Source: Eledone cirrhosa (lineage: Eukaryota). Taken from it: a DNA stretch of 64,000 nt. The notes beneath the pieces are model-generated. The model was given only the letters and a program-made list of their open reading frames with translations. It did not search any database and was not told the origin of the DNA. Of the stretch, positions 1 through 13,047 are shown piece by piece (position 1 is the first letter of the stretch; every line of letters starts with the position of its first letter). The translations under genes and the position numbers were made by a program. The stretch covers positions 11,098,001 to 11,162,000 of the forward strand of contig OZ024753.1 of assembly GCA_964016885.1 (NCBI GenBank), in the 5' to 3' direction.

Positions 1-339
1 TATATGTGGAATACTCAACCACATATTATATTTCAAAGTGATCCGTGTGATCGAACATACTTATAAAAACAAAACTAAGGTTACACTAAAATAGTTAATG
101 TCCATTTGTAATGTGTGTGTGCTGTGTGAGCGTGTGTGTGTGTGTGCGTATGTGTGTGCATGCCTCTGTGTGCGTGTCTGTCTCCGTGTGTGTGTCCGTG
201 TGTGTGTCAACTTGTGTGGTGACGTATGTATGTGTGTGTGTCAGCCTGTGTGTATATGTATGTGTGTGTTTGGTGTGTATCTGCATGTGACACGTATGTG
301 TGTGTGCGTATCAGCACATGAATGTGTGTTAGCTGTGTA

Positions 340-1480
340 TCTGCATGTGTAACGAATGCATGAGTATGTGAACCTGTGTGTTTCTGTATATGTGACGTAT
401 GTATGTGTGTGTGTGTCTGCATGTGTATGTGTGTGTGTGTGTCTGCATGTGTATGTGTGTGTGTCTGCATGTGTGATATATGTATGTGTGTGTGTCTGCA
501 TGTGTGATATATGTATGTGTGTGTGTGCCTGCATGTGTGATATATGTATGTGTGTGAGTGACTGCATGTGTGATATATATGTGTGTGTGCTGCATGTGTG
601 ATATATGTGTGTGTGTGTGTGTGTCTGCATGTGTGATATATGCATGTGTGTGTGTCTGCATGTGTGATATGTATGTGTGTGTGTGTGTGTCTGCATGTGT
701 GATATATGTGTGTGTGTGTGTGTGTGTGACTGCATGTGTGATATATGTGTGTGTGTGTGTCTGCATGTGTGATATATGTGTGTGTGTGTGTCTGCATGTG
801 TGATATATGTGTGTGTGTGTGTCTGCATGTGTGATATATGTGTGTGTGTGTGTGACTGCATGTGTGATATATGTGTGTGCGTGTGTCTGCATGTGTGATA
901 TGTGTGTGTGTGTGTGTGTCTGCATGTGTGATATATGTCTGTGTGTGTGTCTGCATGTGTGATATATGTGTGTGTGTGTGACTGCATGTGTGATATATGT
1001 GTGTGTGTGTGTCTGCATGTGTGATATATGTGTGTGTGTGTGTCTGCATGTGTGATATATGTATGTGTGTGTGTCTGCATGTGTGATATATGTATGTGTG
1101 TGTGTGTCTGCATGTGTGATATATGTATGTGTGTGTGTGTGTGTCTGCATGTGTGATATATGTATGTGTGTGTGTGCGTGTCTGCATGTGTGATATATGT
1201 ATGTGTGTGTGTGTGTGTCTGCATGTGTGATATATGTATGTGTGTGTGTGTGTGTCTGCATGTGTGATATATGTATGTGTGTATGTGACTGCATGTGTGA
1301 TATATGTATGTGTGTATGTGACTGCATGTGTGATATATGTATGTGTGTATGTGACTGCATGTGTGATATATGTATGTGTGTGTGTGTCTGCATGTGTGAT
1401 ATATGTATGTGTGTGTGTGTCTGCATGTGTGATATATGTATGTGTAAGCCTGTGTTTGGTGTGTTTCTGCATATGTGACG
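340..1480. repeat. Compound minisatellite, unit TCTGCATGTGTGATATAT(GT)n, about 35-45 bp
   Basis: The motif ctgcatgtgtgatatatgt recurs, separated by variable (GT)n. The His/Thr and Cys/Val ORFs here are artefacts. Confidence 0.9.
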
Positions 1481-1585
1481 GATGTATATATATGCGTGCG
1501 TGCGCGCGCGCCCGTGCGCCCGTGCGCGCGCCCGTGCGCCCGTGCGTCCGTGCGTCCGTGCGTCCGTGCGCCCGTGCGCCCGTGC

Positions 1586-1639
<54 letters not shown>

Positions 1640-1883
1640 TATATGTATGTGTGTGCCAGACTGCTTGTTTGGTGTGTATGTGAGACGTGTGTATGTGTGG
1701 ATCTGTTTTATTTGGTGTGTGTTTCTTCATATGTAACGGATGTATGTGTGTGTCTGTCTGTCTGTCTGTGTCTGTATCTCTGTGCATCTGTCTGTCTGTC
1801 TGTGTCTGTGTGTCCGTCTGTCTCTCTCTCTCTCTCTCTCTGTCTGTGTCTGTCTCTATCTGTGTCTCTCTGCCTGTCTATCT

Positions 1884-2083
1884 NNNNNNNNNNNNNNNNN
1901 NNNNNNNNNNNNNNNNNNNNNNNNNNNNNNNNNNNNNNNNNNNNNNNNNNNNNNNNNNNNNNNNNNNNNNNNNNNNNNNNNNNNNNNNNNNNNNNNNNNN
2001 NNNNNNNNNNNNNNNNNNNNNNNNNNNNNNNNNNNNNNNNNNNNNNNNNNNNNNNNNNNNNNNNNNNNNNNNNNNNNNNNNNN
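1884..2083. other. Assembly gap (200 N)
   Basis: Run of N. Confidence 1.
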
Positions 2084-2220
2084 TTCGACGGCTATTTCTG
2101 AGTCCAGATATAGCCGTCGAAACGGCTTGAGCTCTGCCGTCGGGGGTCATACTTTTTCCTATTTCCCACTCTACTGCCCTAAGTATTGAGTACTCTGGTG
2201 CGTTCCCACACTTCCTTTGT
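2084..2220 (+). mobile_element. Family A short element: 3' half of a hammerhead-like motif plus tail, abutting (TA)n and cut by the gap
   Basis: GAAACGGCTTGAGCTCTGCCGTC at 2119-2141 and tail tattgagtact. Homologous to 27451-27623, 31561-31768, 39077-39235 and 46645-46861. Confidence 0.75.
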
Positions 2221-2339
2221 TATATATATATATATATATACATAATATATATACATACATATATATAATATACCCCAGCATGGCCTCAGTTCCGATGGCT
2301 GGAACTGGTAAAAGAGTATACATATGTATAATATACCTA

Positions 2340-2920
2340 CCTATATATATATATATATATATATATGTAGGTATATATATATATATATAGTAGTAGGTAT
2401 ATATATATATATATATGTAGGTATATATATATATATATATAGGTAGGTATATATATATATATATATATAGGTAGGTATATATATATATATATATATATAG
2501 GTAGGTATATATATATATATATATATATAGGTAGGTATATATATATATATATAGGTAGGTATATATATATATATATAGGTAGGTATATATATATATATAT
2601 ATAGGTAGGTATATATATATATATACTAGGTAGGTATATATATATATATATATAGGTAGGTATATATATATATATATATATAGGTAGGTATATATATATA
2701 TATATAGGTAGGTATATATATATATATATAGGTAGGTATATATATATATATATATAGGTAGGTATATATATATAATATATATAGGTAGGTATATATATAT
2801 ATATATATAGGTAGGTATATATATATATATATATAGGTAGGTATATATATATATATATAGGTAGGTATATATATATATATATATAGGTAGGTATATATAT
2901 ATATATATAGGTAGGTCTAT
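2340..2920. repeat. (TA)n interrupted by GGTAGG
   Basis: Repeating ggtagg(ta)n units. Confidence 0.9.
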
Positions 2921-3189
2921 ATAGGTATACAGACAAACAGACTCATTAAAACCAAAACATCCAGAATGGCTTCTGTGCAGCCATTATATATAAAGTGTAA
3001 AGTGTGAACAGTGTCTGGCATATGTTTTTATGGAGGAGGAGGTGGGGGAGGAGGTGGGGGAGGAGGTGGGGGAGGAGGGGGAGGAACCCGACAATGGTAA
3101 GTCATTTTCCAAATTCTCTCGACTCATTTACTGTGTTGTGTTGGAACAATGGAATAATGAAAGGGGGCTTCTTATTGGAGAGGATGTGA

Positions 3190-4020
3190 TAGAGAGAGAG
3201 AGTTAAAGAGAGTCAGAGGGAGAGAGGGGGAGAGTTAGAGAGAGAGAAAAGAGAGAGAGAGAGAGAGAAAAGAGGAGAGAGAGAGAGAAAAGAGGAGAGA
3301 GAGAGAGAAAAGAGGAGAGAGAGAGAGAGAGAAGAGAAGAAAGAGAGAAAAGAGAAGAGAGAGAAAAGAGAAGAGAGAGAAAGAGAAAAGAGAGAAAAGA
3401 GAGAAAGAGAGAAAAGAGAGAAAAGAGAGAAAAGAGAATTAGAATGAAAGTGAGGGAGAGAGAATTAGAGTGAAAGTGAGGGAGAGAGAATTAGAGTGAA
3501 AGTGAGGGAGAGAGAAAGAAAGAAAAGAGAAGAGAGAAAGAAAGAAAAGAGAGAAAGAAAGAAAAGAGAGAAAGAAAGAAAAGAGAAGAGAGAAAGAAAA
3601 GAGAAGAGAGAAAGAAAGAAAAGAGAAGAGAGCAAGAAAGAAAAGAGAATTAGAGTGAAAGAGAGAGAGGTGAGAGAAGAGAGAGAGAGAGAAGAGAAGA
3701 GAGAAGAGAAGAGAGAAGAGAAGAGAGAGAAGAGAAGAGAGAAGAGAAGAGAGAAGAGAAGAGAGAAGAGAGAGAAGAGAGAAGAGAGAGAATAGAGAGC
3801 GAGAGAAGAGAGAAGAGAATAGAGAGAGAGAGAGAGAAGAGAGAAGAGAATATATAGAGAGAGAAGAGAGAGTGAAAGAGAAGAGAGAGAAAATTAGAGT
3901 GAAAGAGAAGATAGAGAGAGAGAATTAGAGTGAAAGAGAAGAGAGTGAAAGAGAAGAGAGAGAGAGAATTAGAGTGAAAGAGAGTGATAGATTGTGAGAG
4001 AGAGAGAGACAGAGAGAAAA
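3190..4020. repeat. Polypurine (GA)-rich low-complexity tract
   Basis: GAGA/GAAAA/GAGAA repeats. The E/R/K ORF is an artefact. Confidence 0.9.
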
Positions 4021-4172
4021 CAGTCGGAGGGTATGAGTATTATTGACAACAACAATATGGTAGGAAGATTACATTTGAACCTGACATGTCGGACGCCATC
4101 ATTGTTCTTAGCTGCAACAGAAATAATTATAAAAGAAAGAAAAAAAAAACTATAAGAAAGCAACAGACTTAC

Positions 4173-4448
4173 CGTGTACAGTGAATATGGCAATTTCTGA
4201 CATAACTTTGCCAAGTTTGTTACGGGCCTGGCACTGATAGGCACCCGTATTACTGACACGCACACGTGAAAATCGTAAAGCCCCACTCCTGGGGGATATG
4301 CGATAATTGGACGCTCTGGAATTGAGCGATTTTCCATTGAAGAACCACGTGACCTTTGGTTTCGGAAATCCTGACGATTCACACGGGAGTGCGTAACGTC
4401 GCTGTAGTAGAACTGTTGCGTTCTTTGGTGGTCTTGTAATGACCGGGG
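4173..4448 (-). CDS. Internal exon encoding one I-set immunoglobulin domain of an unidentified cell-surface or secreted Ig-superfamily protein
   Basis: Acceptor ttttcag (AG at 4450-4449), donor G|gtaagt (GT at 4172-4171), 276 nt, phase 1-1. Translation PVITRPPKNATV..LPCESSGFPKPKVTWFFNGK..GALRFSRVRVSNTGAYQCQARNKLG has the B-strand Cys, C-strand Trp and G-x-Y-x-C-x-A-x-N-x-x-G motif. Confidence 0.92.
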
Positions 4449-4552
4449 CTGAAAAACAGACGAAAACAAAATGAATATGCAAGGCTTATATATAATATAT
4501 CTAAAGCGTGCCTAACGTAGAAACAATTTTTTAGTTAAATCCTTAAGTTAAT

Positions 4553-7375
4553 AAGAGGGTCGACTGAAAAGTTCATAGGCTGACAAAGATACTCTCATGG
4601 AATGACCAAATGAGGTTTATTTTTCAACATAGTCCCTGAAAAGAAACAATGTATTTATTATACGAGGATCGACTGAAAAGTTCAGTGGCTGACCAAGATA
4701 CTCTCATGGAATGACCAAATGAGGTTTATTTTTCAACATAGTCCCTGAAAAGAAACAATGTATTTATTATACGAGGATCGACTGAAAAGTTCAGTGGCTG
4801 ACCAAGATACTCTCATGGAATGACCAAATGAGGTTTATTTTTAAACATAGTCCCTGAAAAGAAACAATGTATTTATTATACGAGGGTCGACTGAAAAGTT
4901 CAGTGGCTGACCAAGATACTCTCATGGAATGACCAAATGAGGTTTATTTTTAAACATAGTCCCTGGAAAGAAACAATGTATTTATTATACGAGGATCGAC
5001 TGAAAAGTTCAGTGGCTGACCAAGATACTCTCATGGAATGACCAAATGAGGTATATTTTTTAACATAGTCCCTGAAAAGAAACAATGTATTTATTATACG
5101 AGGATCGACTGAAAAGTTCAGTGGCTGACCAAGATACTCTCATGGAATGACCAAATGAGGTATATTTTTTAACATAGTCCCTGAAAAGAAACAATGTATT
5201 TATTATACGAGGGTCGACTGAAAAGTTCATAGGCTGACCAAGATACTCTCATGGAATAACCAAATGAGGTTTATTTTTCAACATAGTCCCTGAAAAGAAA
5301 CAATGTATTTATTATACGAGGATCGACTGAAAAGTTCATAGGCTGACCAAGATACTCTCATGGAATGACCAAATGAGGTTTATTTTTTAACATAGTCCCT
5401 GAAAAGAAACAATGTATTTATTATACGAGGGTCGACTGAAAAGTTCCTAGGCTGACAAAGATACTCTCATGGAATGACCAAATGAGGTTTATTTTTAAAC
5501 ATAGTCCCTGGAAAGAAACAATGTATTTATTATACGAGGGTCGACTGAAAAGTTCATAGGCTGACCAAGATACTCTCATGGAATGACCAAATGAGGTTTA
5601 TTTTTTAACATAGTCCCTGAAAAGAAACAATGTATTTATTATACGAGGGTCGACTGAAAAGTTCCTAGGCTGACCAAGATACTCTCATGGAATGACCAAA
5701 TGAGGTTTATTTTTTAACATAGTCCCTGAAAAGAAACAATGTATTTATTATACGAGGGTCGACTGAAAAGTTCATAGGCTGACCAAGATACTCTCATGGA
5801 ATGACCAAATGAGGTTTATTTTTTAACATAGTCCCTGAAAAGAAACAATGTATTTATTATACGAGGGTCGACTGAAAAGTTCAGTGGCTGACCAAGATAC
5901 TCTCATGGAATGACCAAATGAGGTTTATTTTTTAACGTAGTCCCTGAAAAGAAACAATGTATTTATTATACGAGGGTCGACTGAAAAGTTCATAGGCTGA
6001 CCAAGATACTCTCATGGAATGACCAAATGAGGTTTATTTTTTAACATAGTCCCTGAAAAGAAACAATGTATTTATTATACGAGGGTCGACTGAAAAGTTC
6101 ATAGGCTGACCAAGATACTCTCATGGAATGACCAAATGAGGTTTATTTTTTAACATAGTCCCTGAAAAGAAACAATGTATTTATTATACGAGGATCGACT
6201 GAAAAGTTCAGTGGCTGACCAAGATACTCTCATGGAATGACCAAATGAGGTATATTTTTTAACATAGTCCCTGAAAAGAAACAATGTATTTATTATACGA
6301 GGGTCGACTGAAAAGTTCATAGGCTGACCAAGATACTCTCATGGAATGACCAAATGAGGTTTATTTTTTAACATAGTCCCTGAAAAGAAACAATGTATTT
6401 ATTATACGAGGGTCGACTGAAAAGTTCAGTGGCTGACCAAGATACTCTCATGGAATGACCAAATGAGGTTTATTTTTTAACAGTCCCTGAAAAGAAACAA
6501 TGTATTTATTATACGAGGGTCGACTGAAAAGTTCATAGGCTGACCAAGATACTCTCATGGAATGACCAAATGAGGTTTATTTTTTAACATAGTCCCTGAA
6601 AAGAAACAATGTATTTATTATACGAGGGTCGACTGAAAAGTTCAGTGGCTGACCAAGATACTCTCATGGAATGACCAAATGAGGTTTATTTTTTAACATA
6701 GTCCCTGAAAAGAAACAATGTATTTATTATACGAGGATCGACTGAAAAGTTCAGTGGCTGACCAAGATACTCTCATGGAATAACCAAATGAGGTTTATTT
6801 TTCAACATAGTCCCTGAAAAGAAACAATGTATTTATTATACGAGGATCGACTGAAAAGTTCAGTGGCTGACCAAGATACTCTCATGGAATGACCAAATGA
6901 GGTTTATTTTTTAACATAGTCCCTGAAAAGAAACAATGTATTTATTATACGAGGGTCGACTGAAAAGTTCCTAGGCTGACCAAGATACTCTCATGGAATA
7001 ACCAAATGAGGTTTATTTTTTAACATAGTCCCTGAAAAGAAACAATGTATTTATTATACGAGGGTCGACTGAAAAGTTCAGTGGCTGACCAAGATACTCT
7101 CATGGAATGACCAAATGAGGTTTATTTTTTAACATAGTCCCTGAAAAGAAACAATGTATTTATTATACGAGGGTCGACTGAAAAGTTCAGTGGCTGACCA
7201 AGATACTCTCATGGAATGACCAAATGAGGTTTATTTTTTAACATAGTCCCTGAAAAGAAACAATGTATTTATTATACGAGGGTCGACTGAAAAGTTCCTA
7301 GGCTGACCAAGATACTCTCATGGAATAACCAAATGAGGTTTATTTTTTAACATAGTCCCTGAAAAGAAACAATGC
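4553..7375 (+). repeat. 109-bp tandem satellite (about 26 copies) made from the left part of a mariner-like MITE
   Basis: tacgagg recurs at 4661, 4770 and 4879 (period 109). Each unit begins with the TIR-like TACGAGGGTCGACTGAAAAGTTCATAGGCTGAC. Confidence 0.93.
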
Positions 7376-7478
7376 AGTTATTAATAAAAAGAGCTGAAAT
7401 TAATGTATGCAACATTTCACAGCTCTAGCATCACTTCTTCATAGTCAGCCTATGAACATTTACAGCCGTCTCTCGTAT
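7270..7478 (+). mobile_element. Complete Tc1/mariner-like MITE forming the last unit of the satellite
   Basis: The right end gtcagcctatgaacatttacagccgtctctcgta (about 7444-7477) is the reverse complement of the unit start, with TA flanks. A solo homologue lies at 37912-38098. Confidence 0.75.
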
Positions 7479-8549
7479 ATAGTTACGACCACAATTCAAA
7501 GCCACGTGTTGCATTTTCATTATATTGCTTACAAGGGGATATCAATGCAAAAACAGTGTTCATAAAATCATTTACCAGTAAAATACTGGGGGTCTCTTTA
7601 GCTTACTATACACACTACTTGTAATTCTAGGGTCAACATAGCCGTCTATACACCCACACACATAATACTAGGGTCAATATAGCTGCCTATCGAAGACCGC
7701 CGTCGGTCACGAATGACCATGTGATTTACACTTAGAAAGTTTCCCTCCGAGGCACCATGTCCGGGCAAGGTTGTTTGAGGAAGATCAGCAGCCACCCATC
7801 CATACCAGTCTCTCCTCCCCACGCCACGGATGACGTCCAAGGGAAAGGTAATGGCCGTTACAGCTTGGCACCAGTGACGTGACAATATATATATATATAT
7901 AATTGGAAATCAGTAAAATCGAATCTCTGGCGGTTTGCAAGTAAATTCGGCCTACTTATATGAAGTGATGAGTTAGCAAAGCACTCGATAAGATAGGTCT
8001 CAGAGTTATAACATACGTTTAAAAGCTTGACAAATTGAACATTGTGGTAGGAGGCTAAACTAACACACAATATATACCAAAGTAACGAAAAATCTAATCA
8101 GGTTGAGAAAAATCTATAATATATATATATATATATATTATTTATATTAGGCGAACTAGCCAGTTTTAGAATTCCCTTTTTCGGATTATACTACTGTGAG
8201 AGTCCTGGTTTCTGTTGAGCTCTGCTGATGAATGAAATCCAACCGTGACCATCTCCACTGAAAGTTTTCATGAAATAGTCTTTTAAGACTATACAGAGCA
8301 TTTGATGTTATTCCAAATTGAAGGATAAGTGTTTCAAACTTTATTTTATCATGAGTTAAAGGTCTATAGATTTTTCCCTGGATTTTACTAAATTCTGTGG
8401 ATGAATTTATATCCTGATTCTCTTTTGAGATGAGTTTGAGTTATTTTTCCTAAATCTTTCGTTAACTACTTTTCCCATCTTGACGTTATAGTCGCATATA
8501 TGTTATAGAATGCCGTTAGCTTCTTGCTAAAATAATCTCTATACCTCTC

Positions 8550-8582
<33 letters not shown>

Positions 8583-8586
<4 letters not shown>

Positions 8587-8963
8587 AAAGTTCTAGTTAA
8601 AATTGTTGGGATACAACAAGTAAATATTTTATAACTGATATAAAGCACTCGACAAGTGTTGGAGTAGATATACGATATTAAATAAATGGAAACTATATTT
8701 ATAAAACCATATTTATTTCATTATACATATTTCAGGGATACCAAATTAAAATATGGTATGCTGTCTGGATAGACTATCCAGACAGCTTCCAAAAATAATG
8801 GTCGCATCTAATAGGGTACGTCAAAATTATTTATAAAACTGTTTATATATTGTATTTTGTCTGATGAAGGCATACCATATTTTAATTTGGTATCCCTGAA
8901 ATATGTATAATGAAATAAATATGGTTTTATAAATATAGTTTCCATTTATTTAATATCGTATAT
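8583..8963 (+). mobile_element. Family J fold-back element in (TA)n with a hammerhead-like core
   Basis: Inverted arms about 8668-8761 / 8870-8963, CTGATGA at 8861, stem II 8868-8897, GAAA at 8898, tail 8583-8667. Homologues at 46262-46616, 50540-51036 and a collapsed copy at 27641-27730. Confidence 0.8.
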
Positions 8964-9051
8964 ATATATATATATTATAGATTTACTATATATACACTAC
9001 ATACACCTTATATACACTATATTTAGACTATATATACACTAAACTACATAT

Positions 9052-9250
9052 GATGTTGTCCAAGGGAAAGCGAAAGGCCGAACAGTTTGGCACCAGTGAT
9101 GTTGCAACTCATTTCTACAGCTGAGTAAAGTGGAGCAACGTGAAATAAAGTGTCTTACTCGAGGACACAACATCACCTTGTCCGAGAATCAAACTCACAA
9201 CCTTTCAATTGCAAGCCCAATGCGCTAACCACTAAGCCATGCGCTTTCAC
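9052..9250 (-). mobile_element. tRNA-derived SINE, family 2
   Basis: The reverse complement has an A box (TGGCTTAGTGG), a B-box-like GAGTTTGATTC and body aagacactttatttcacgttgctcc. Matches 36087-36225 and 46890-47197. Confidence 0.75.
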
Positions 9251-9293
9251 ACACACTTATAATACAAGACCTTGTAGCTAAACAAGAAAACAA

Positions 9294-9475
9294 GGGAGGT
9301 AAATTGGTAGAAATGTTGAGAGTGAAACAAAGTGGTTTGTGTTATTTATCTCGGCTTTTTGCGTTCTGAGTTCAAATCTGCTAGGATTGATTTTACTTTT
9401 CATCATTTCAGGGTCGATTAAATATATTACCAGTCAAGTACTGGGTCAGTCGATTTAATCCAATTTCCCACCCCT
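9294..9475 (+). mobile_element. tRNA-derived SINE, family 1, diverged copy
   Basis: B box gagttcaaatc and core tttcatcatttcagggtcgat. Confidence 0.65.
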
Positions 9476-10338
9476 TTGTGTTTACAAGTAATATGACATT
9501 TCGATGGTAATTTTGCTTCTGCTAATGTTGTTGTTGATAATAATTGTTATATTTACTCCATTACGTTTTCTAGCCGACAGGGTGAGGCCATACCGAGGCA
9601 GCGACATTAAAAGAATGCTTACAGCATCTTAGTATTTAGATGAGTGACCGCTTGATAAACTAACAAGGCTCTACGTTGCTTAACTTCAGTGACCGGGCGA
9701 GAAACGCTGTTTTTAGCGTGATATTGCCGTATTTTGTTGATAACGAGAATATTTATCGAAGCCTTATACGAACTGTGAGATAAAAGATCGAAAATAGAAA
9801 CGAATTAAAGCGAACATTAAACAACCCCGAAAAAACCCCATAGACACTCCAAACATTATTAAACCTTATAAGTATTATAACCCCATCCCTCCATCTAGAC
9901 ATCTATCTTAGCAAACAAGAACGTCTTTCCAAAGAATTTCAAGGGTTTTGGCTCAAGTGTTTACAAGGATTAGAAAGAAACGTATAAATTGCAAAATGGT
10001 TCTTTGATCTGAAAGAAGCCGCGAGCATCTGTGACGGTGCCATCAAATTCCAATCGTCCTGCAAATGGCCTGTCGCCAAGAAGATTTTCTTGGAAAAGAT
10101 AAGGAGTGAAAGACAAGTAAATCTTTACTGGAAGATAGAAACCATTTTAACTTTGTACTGACAACTAAAAATGGTAAAACTCTTTTGATTTATTGCTGTA
10201 TATAGTGGAAAAGGAATTGTAATAGTAGTAGCAGAAGTAGTATCTGCAGTAGTAGTAGTAGCAGAAGTAGTATCTGCAGTAGTAGTAGTAATAGTAGTAG
10301 TTGCAATAATAATAGTAGTGGTAGTAGTAGTAGTAATA

Positions 10339-10555
10339 ATTGTTTCTACTTTTGGCACAAGGCCAGTGATTTTGGGGGAGGGGAAAGTCGATTAAATCTA
10401 CCCCAGTGCGTGACTGGTACTTTATTTTATCGACCCCATGAGGATAAAAGGCAAAGTTAACCTCGGCGGGATTTGAACTCAGATCATAAAGGGCCGTAAC
10501 TCTTTGCTGCAAAGCATGGCGTCCGACTCTCTACCGATACTGCCAATCCACCGCC
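10339..10555 (-). mobile_element. tRNA-derived SINE, family 1
   Basis: Reverse complement: GGCGGTGGATTGGCAGTATCGG (A box), GAGTTCAAATCC (B box), central domain gccttttatcctcatggggtcgataaaataaagtaccag, end ggccttgtgccaaaagtagaaacaatt. Inserted in a (TAG)n tract. Confidence 0.85.
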
Positions 10556-11574
10556 CTAGTAGTAGTAGTAGTTTCAATAGTAGTAGTAGCAATAATAATA
10601 GTAGTGGTAGTAGTAGTAGTAGGGATCTGACTGCTCTTTCTAGCAGATCTAATGAACAGGCGGAGGTATCTTCGTTGTTGTGACAATGGAAGTGTTGTTT
10701 TTTTCCCCGCAGATCTTATCTGTTTCGAGGGAGATTTGGGTATTATTTCTAACAGATCGATCAAACACAGGTGTTGTTATTTGATTCTAATGGCATCACT
10801 TGCGGCTAATATATTAATATTAATATCTAAGAAGAACAAAGCAAGTTTATTTGTGACAGCAAAGAAGAGAAAGTAAAAAGCTAATTAAATTCAAGATGGA
10901 TGATTTGGTGCGGTGTAGTTGTAGAAAGCGAGAAGTCACAGATGTGAAAATATAAATTAATTATGATTTCTATAATAACAAAAATGATTTTTTCAACACG
11001 AACATATATGGCTTACAAGTTGATATCAATGCAAAAACATTCTTTAAATTCCAAATTGAATGAAAGTATTTTGACTGATTCATGATCTTTCTAAAACGAA
11101 CACAGTTTTGTTTCTTTATTTCCATTAAATTACAACAAACAAACGATCACACACGAAAACAGATGAAAAACCTTAACAATTGCAAACATCATGAGATGAA
11201 AATGTAGAACGCACGCACACACACACACATTTAGGTTTGTTGGTTCACCACTGGATAGAACTGGTCATTCCGTACAGTCAACCGTGATGTAATATTAGGA
11301 AAAGCACTCGACGTTATGCAACTCATCCATCTTCATTTATGTTGAATCTTGTTGGTGGTCAACCAGACTGGCAACAGCTGGCCCTGACCGCCTTCGGGTC
11401 TTAAACATTTCTCTCTGCTTTTCAGCCTCTTGGATTGTGTTTACCATTATTCCTTTATTATATAACTTTTATACAATAAACACTACGGAACCTGGTCATT
11501 GTAATGTGCATAGTGTTTGTAATAAATCTTTGAAAGAATTTCACCAGTCCAGCCTCCTGGCATTTTACTCAATA

Positions 11575-11605
<31 letters not shown>

Positions 11606-11611
11606 CACACA

Positions 11612-11972
11612 CAGTATTCGCGGGGTTACGTTCTCAGAGTACCCCGAGAAGCGTGAAAAACCGTGAATGTTAGACGACGTGTTCCATAAAAAATGTCTAT
11701 AAACGTCAAAATATAACAAACATATTATTAAAAAAAGAGAGACCGTCTCTTATATGAAGGGGCGTCCAATAGACCGGCAAATACGGTATATTGTTATTAA
11801 TAATTTATCGTTAAAAAAAATATATTGCCACGAAAACAGCCATAATAATAAAATCGCGGAAGCTATATCCGATTCCGCGAATATGCGGTAGTTTCCACGA
11901 ACAATTATTAGTTATGTTCTCAGGAAAATTCCGTGAATAACATGGACCGCGAATGCTGGGGATACACTCTAT
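11612..11972. mobile_element. Probable Tigger/pogo-like MITE remnant
   Basis: Ends cagtattcgcggggttacgttc and ccgcgaatgctggggatacact are partly complementary, with repeated ccgcgaa/ccgtgaa motifs. Confidence 0.45.
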
Positions 11973-11978
11973 ATATAT

Positions 11979-12670
11979 TCTCCAAAATGGCTGACTGAAT
12001 ACACGCGTTTTTTTTTTTCTAAAAAAATTTGTTTCCGTTCCCTCCCTTTCTCATTCTCTATCTTTTTATTTCATCTTTTATTTCTCCTTCTATTCTCTGA
12101 TGAAGGACGAGTATCCAAAACGTTAAGACACTTTTCCTATTATATCAAAGATGGGTATATACTTATATTGGCTTGTAAAGTATGAAATTTGTATCTTTTA
12201 TACACATTTCTACAAATTTCGTACTTGACGACCCAATGTATACATGCGTGTGTACATATCTATATATACACATGAGTGTATTTAAGTATATATACGCGTG
12301 TGTATTTACGTATATACCATATGTGAGTATATGTATATATATATATATACGAATATATGTATGTGTATATATACAAATGCGAGTTCGCGTATGTATACAT
12401 ATGCGAGTTCGCGTATATATATACATATGTGTATATATGTATATATACATGCGTATATATACATACGTATATACACATATGTGTATATGTATATATACAT
12501 GCGTATATAAGCGTATACATATCTCAACAAAATGGCTGAATGAATTCGCATGTGTTTTTTTTTTTTTCTGAATTTTCTTTCCGTTCCTTTTTCTTCACAC
12601 TATCTTACTATTTCATCTTCTGATGAAAGATAAGTGTCCGAAACGTTAAGACTCTTTTTCTATTATATCA
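11979..12670 (+). mobile_element. Two direct copies (about 11979-12150 and 12523-12670) of a short element, each with a minimal hammerhead-like motif
   Basis: Both read caaaatggctga...CTGATGA(12097; 12620)...TCC(G/A)AAACGTTAAGAC...tattatatcaa. Confidence 0.6.
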
Positions 12671-12739
12671 ATCGTTAAATGAATGCATTTCTTCATTGGA
12701 CTGTGTCGTTGGCTTTTCTATTTCGGTTTACTTCACACA

Positions 12740-12796
<57 letters not shown>

Positions 12797-12997
12797 GCAT
12801 TATCTAACCTGATTGTATTTTCGTTGCTTTGGTGTCCTATGTGGCTAAGCCCGCTTGCCGCAATGTTCAATTTGTCACGCTATCTAACGCATGTTAATTA
12901 CTCTAAGCTGATACACCCTTATCGAGTGCTTTGCACAAACCTAATTGTATCTCGTTAGCTTGGCCACCGCCATAACTTCGATTTTACTAACCTTCCA

Positions 12998-13047
<50 letters not shown>

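Noticed and set aside
95-1787. Long His/Thr- and Cys/Val-rich ORFs (up to 526 aa)
   Set aside because: Translations of (CA)n/(GT)n minisatellite, open in several frames, with no domain or splice evidence.
3969-4469. 166-aa ORF overlapping the Ig exon
   Set aside because: Alternative frame of the real exon running into a GA-rich repeat.
4553-7375. CRISPR-like regular array
   Set aside because: Units are contiguous near-identical repeats with no unique spacers, there are no cas genes, and the context is eukaryotic.
8220-8260. CTGATGA at 8226
   Set aside because: No stem II between it and GAAA, and no stem I or III.
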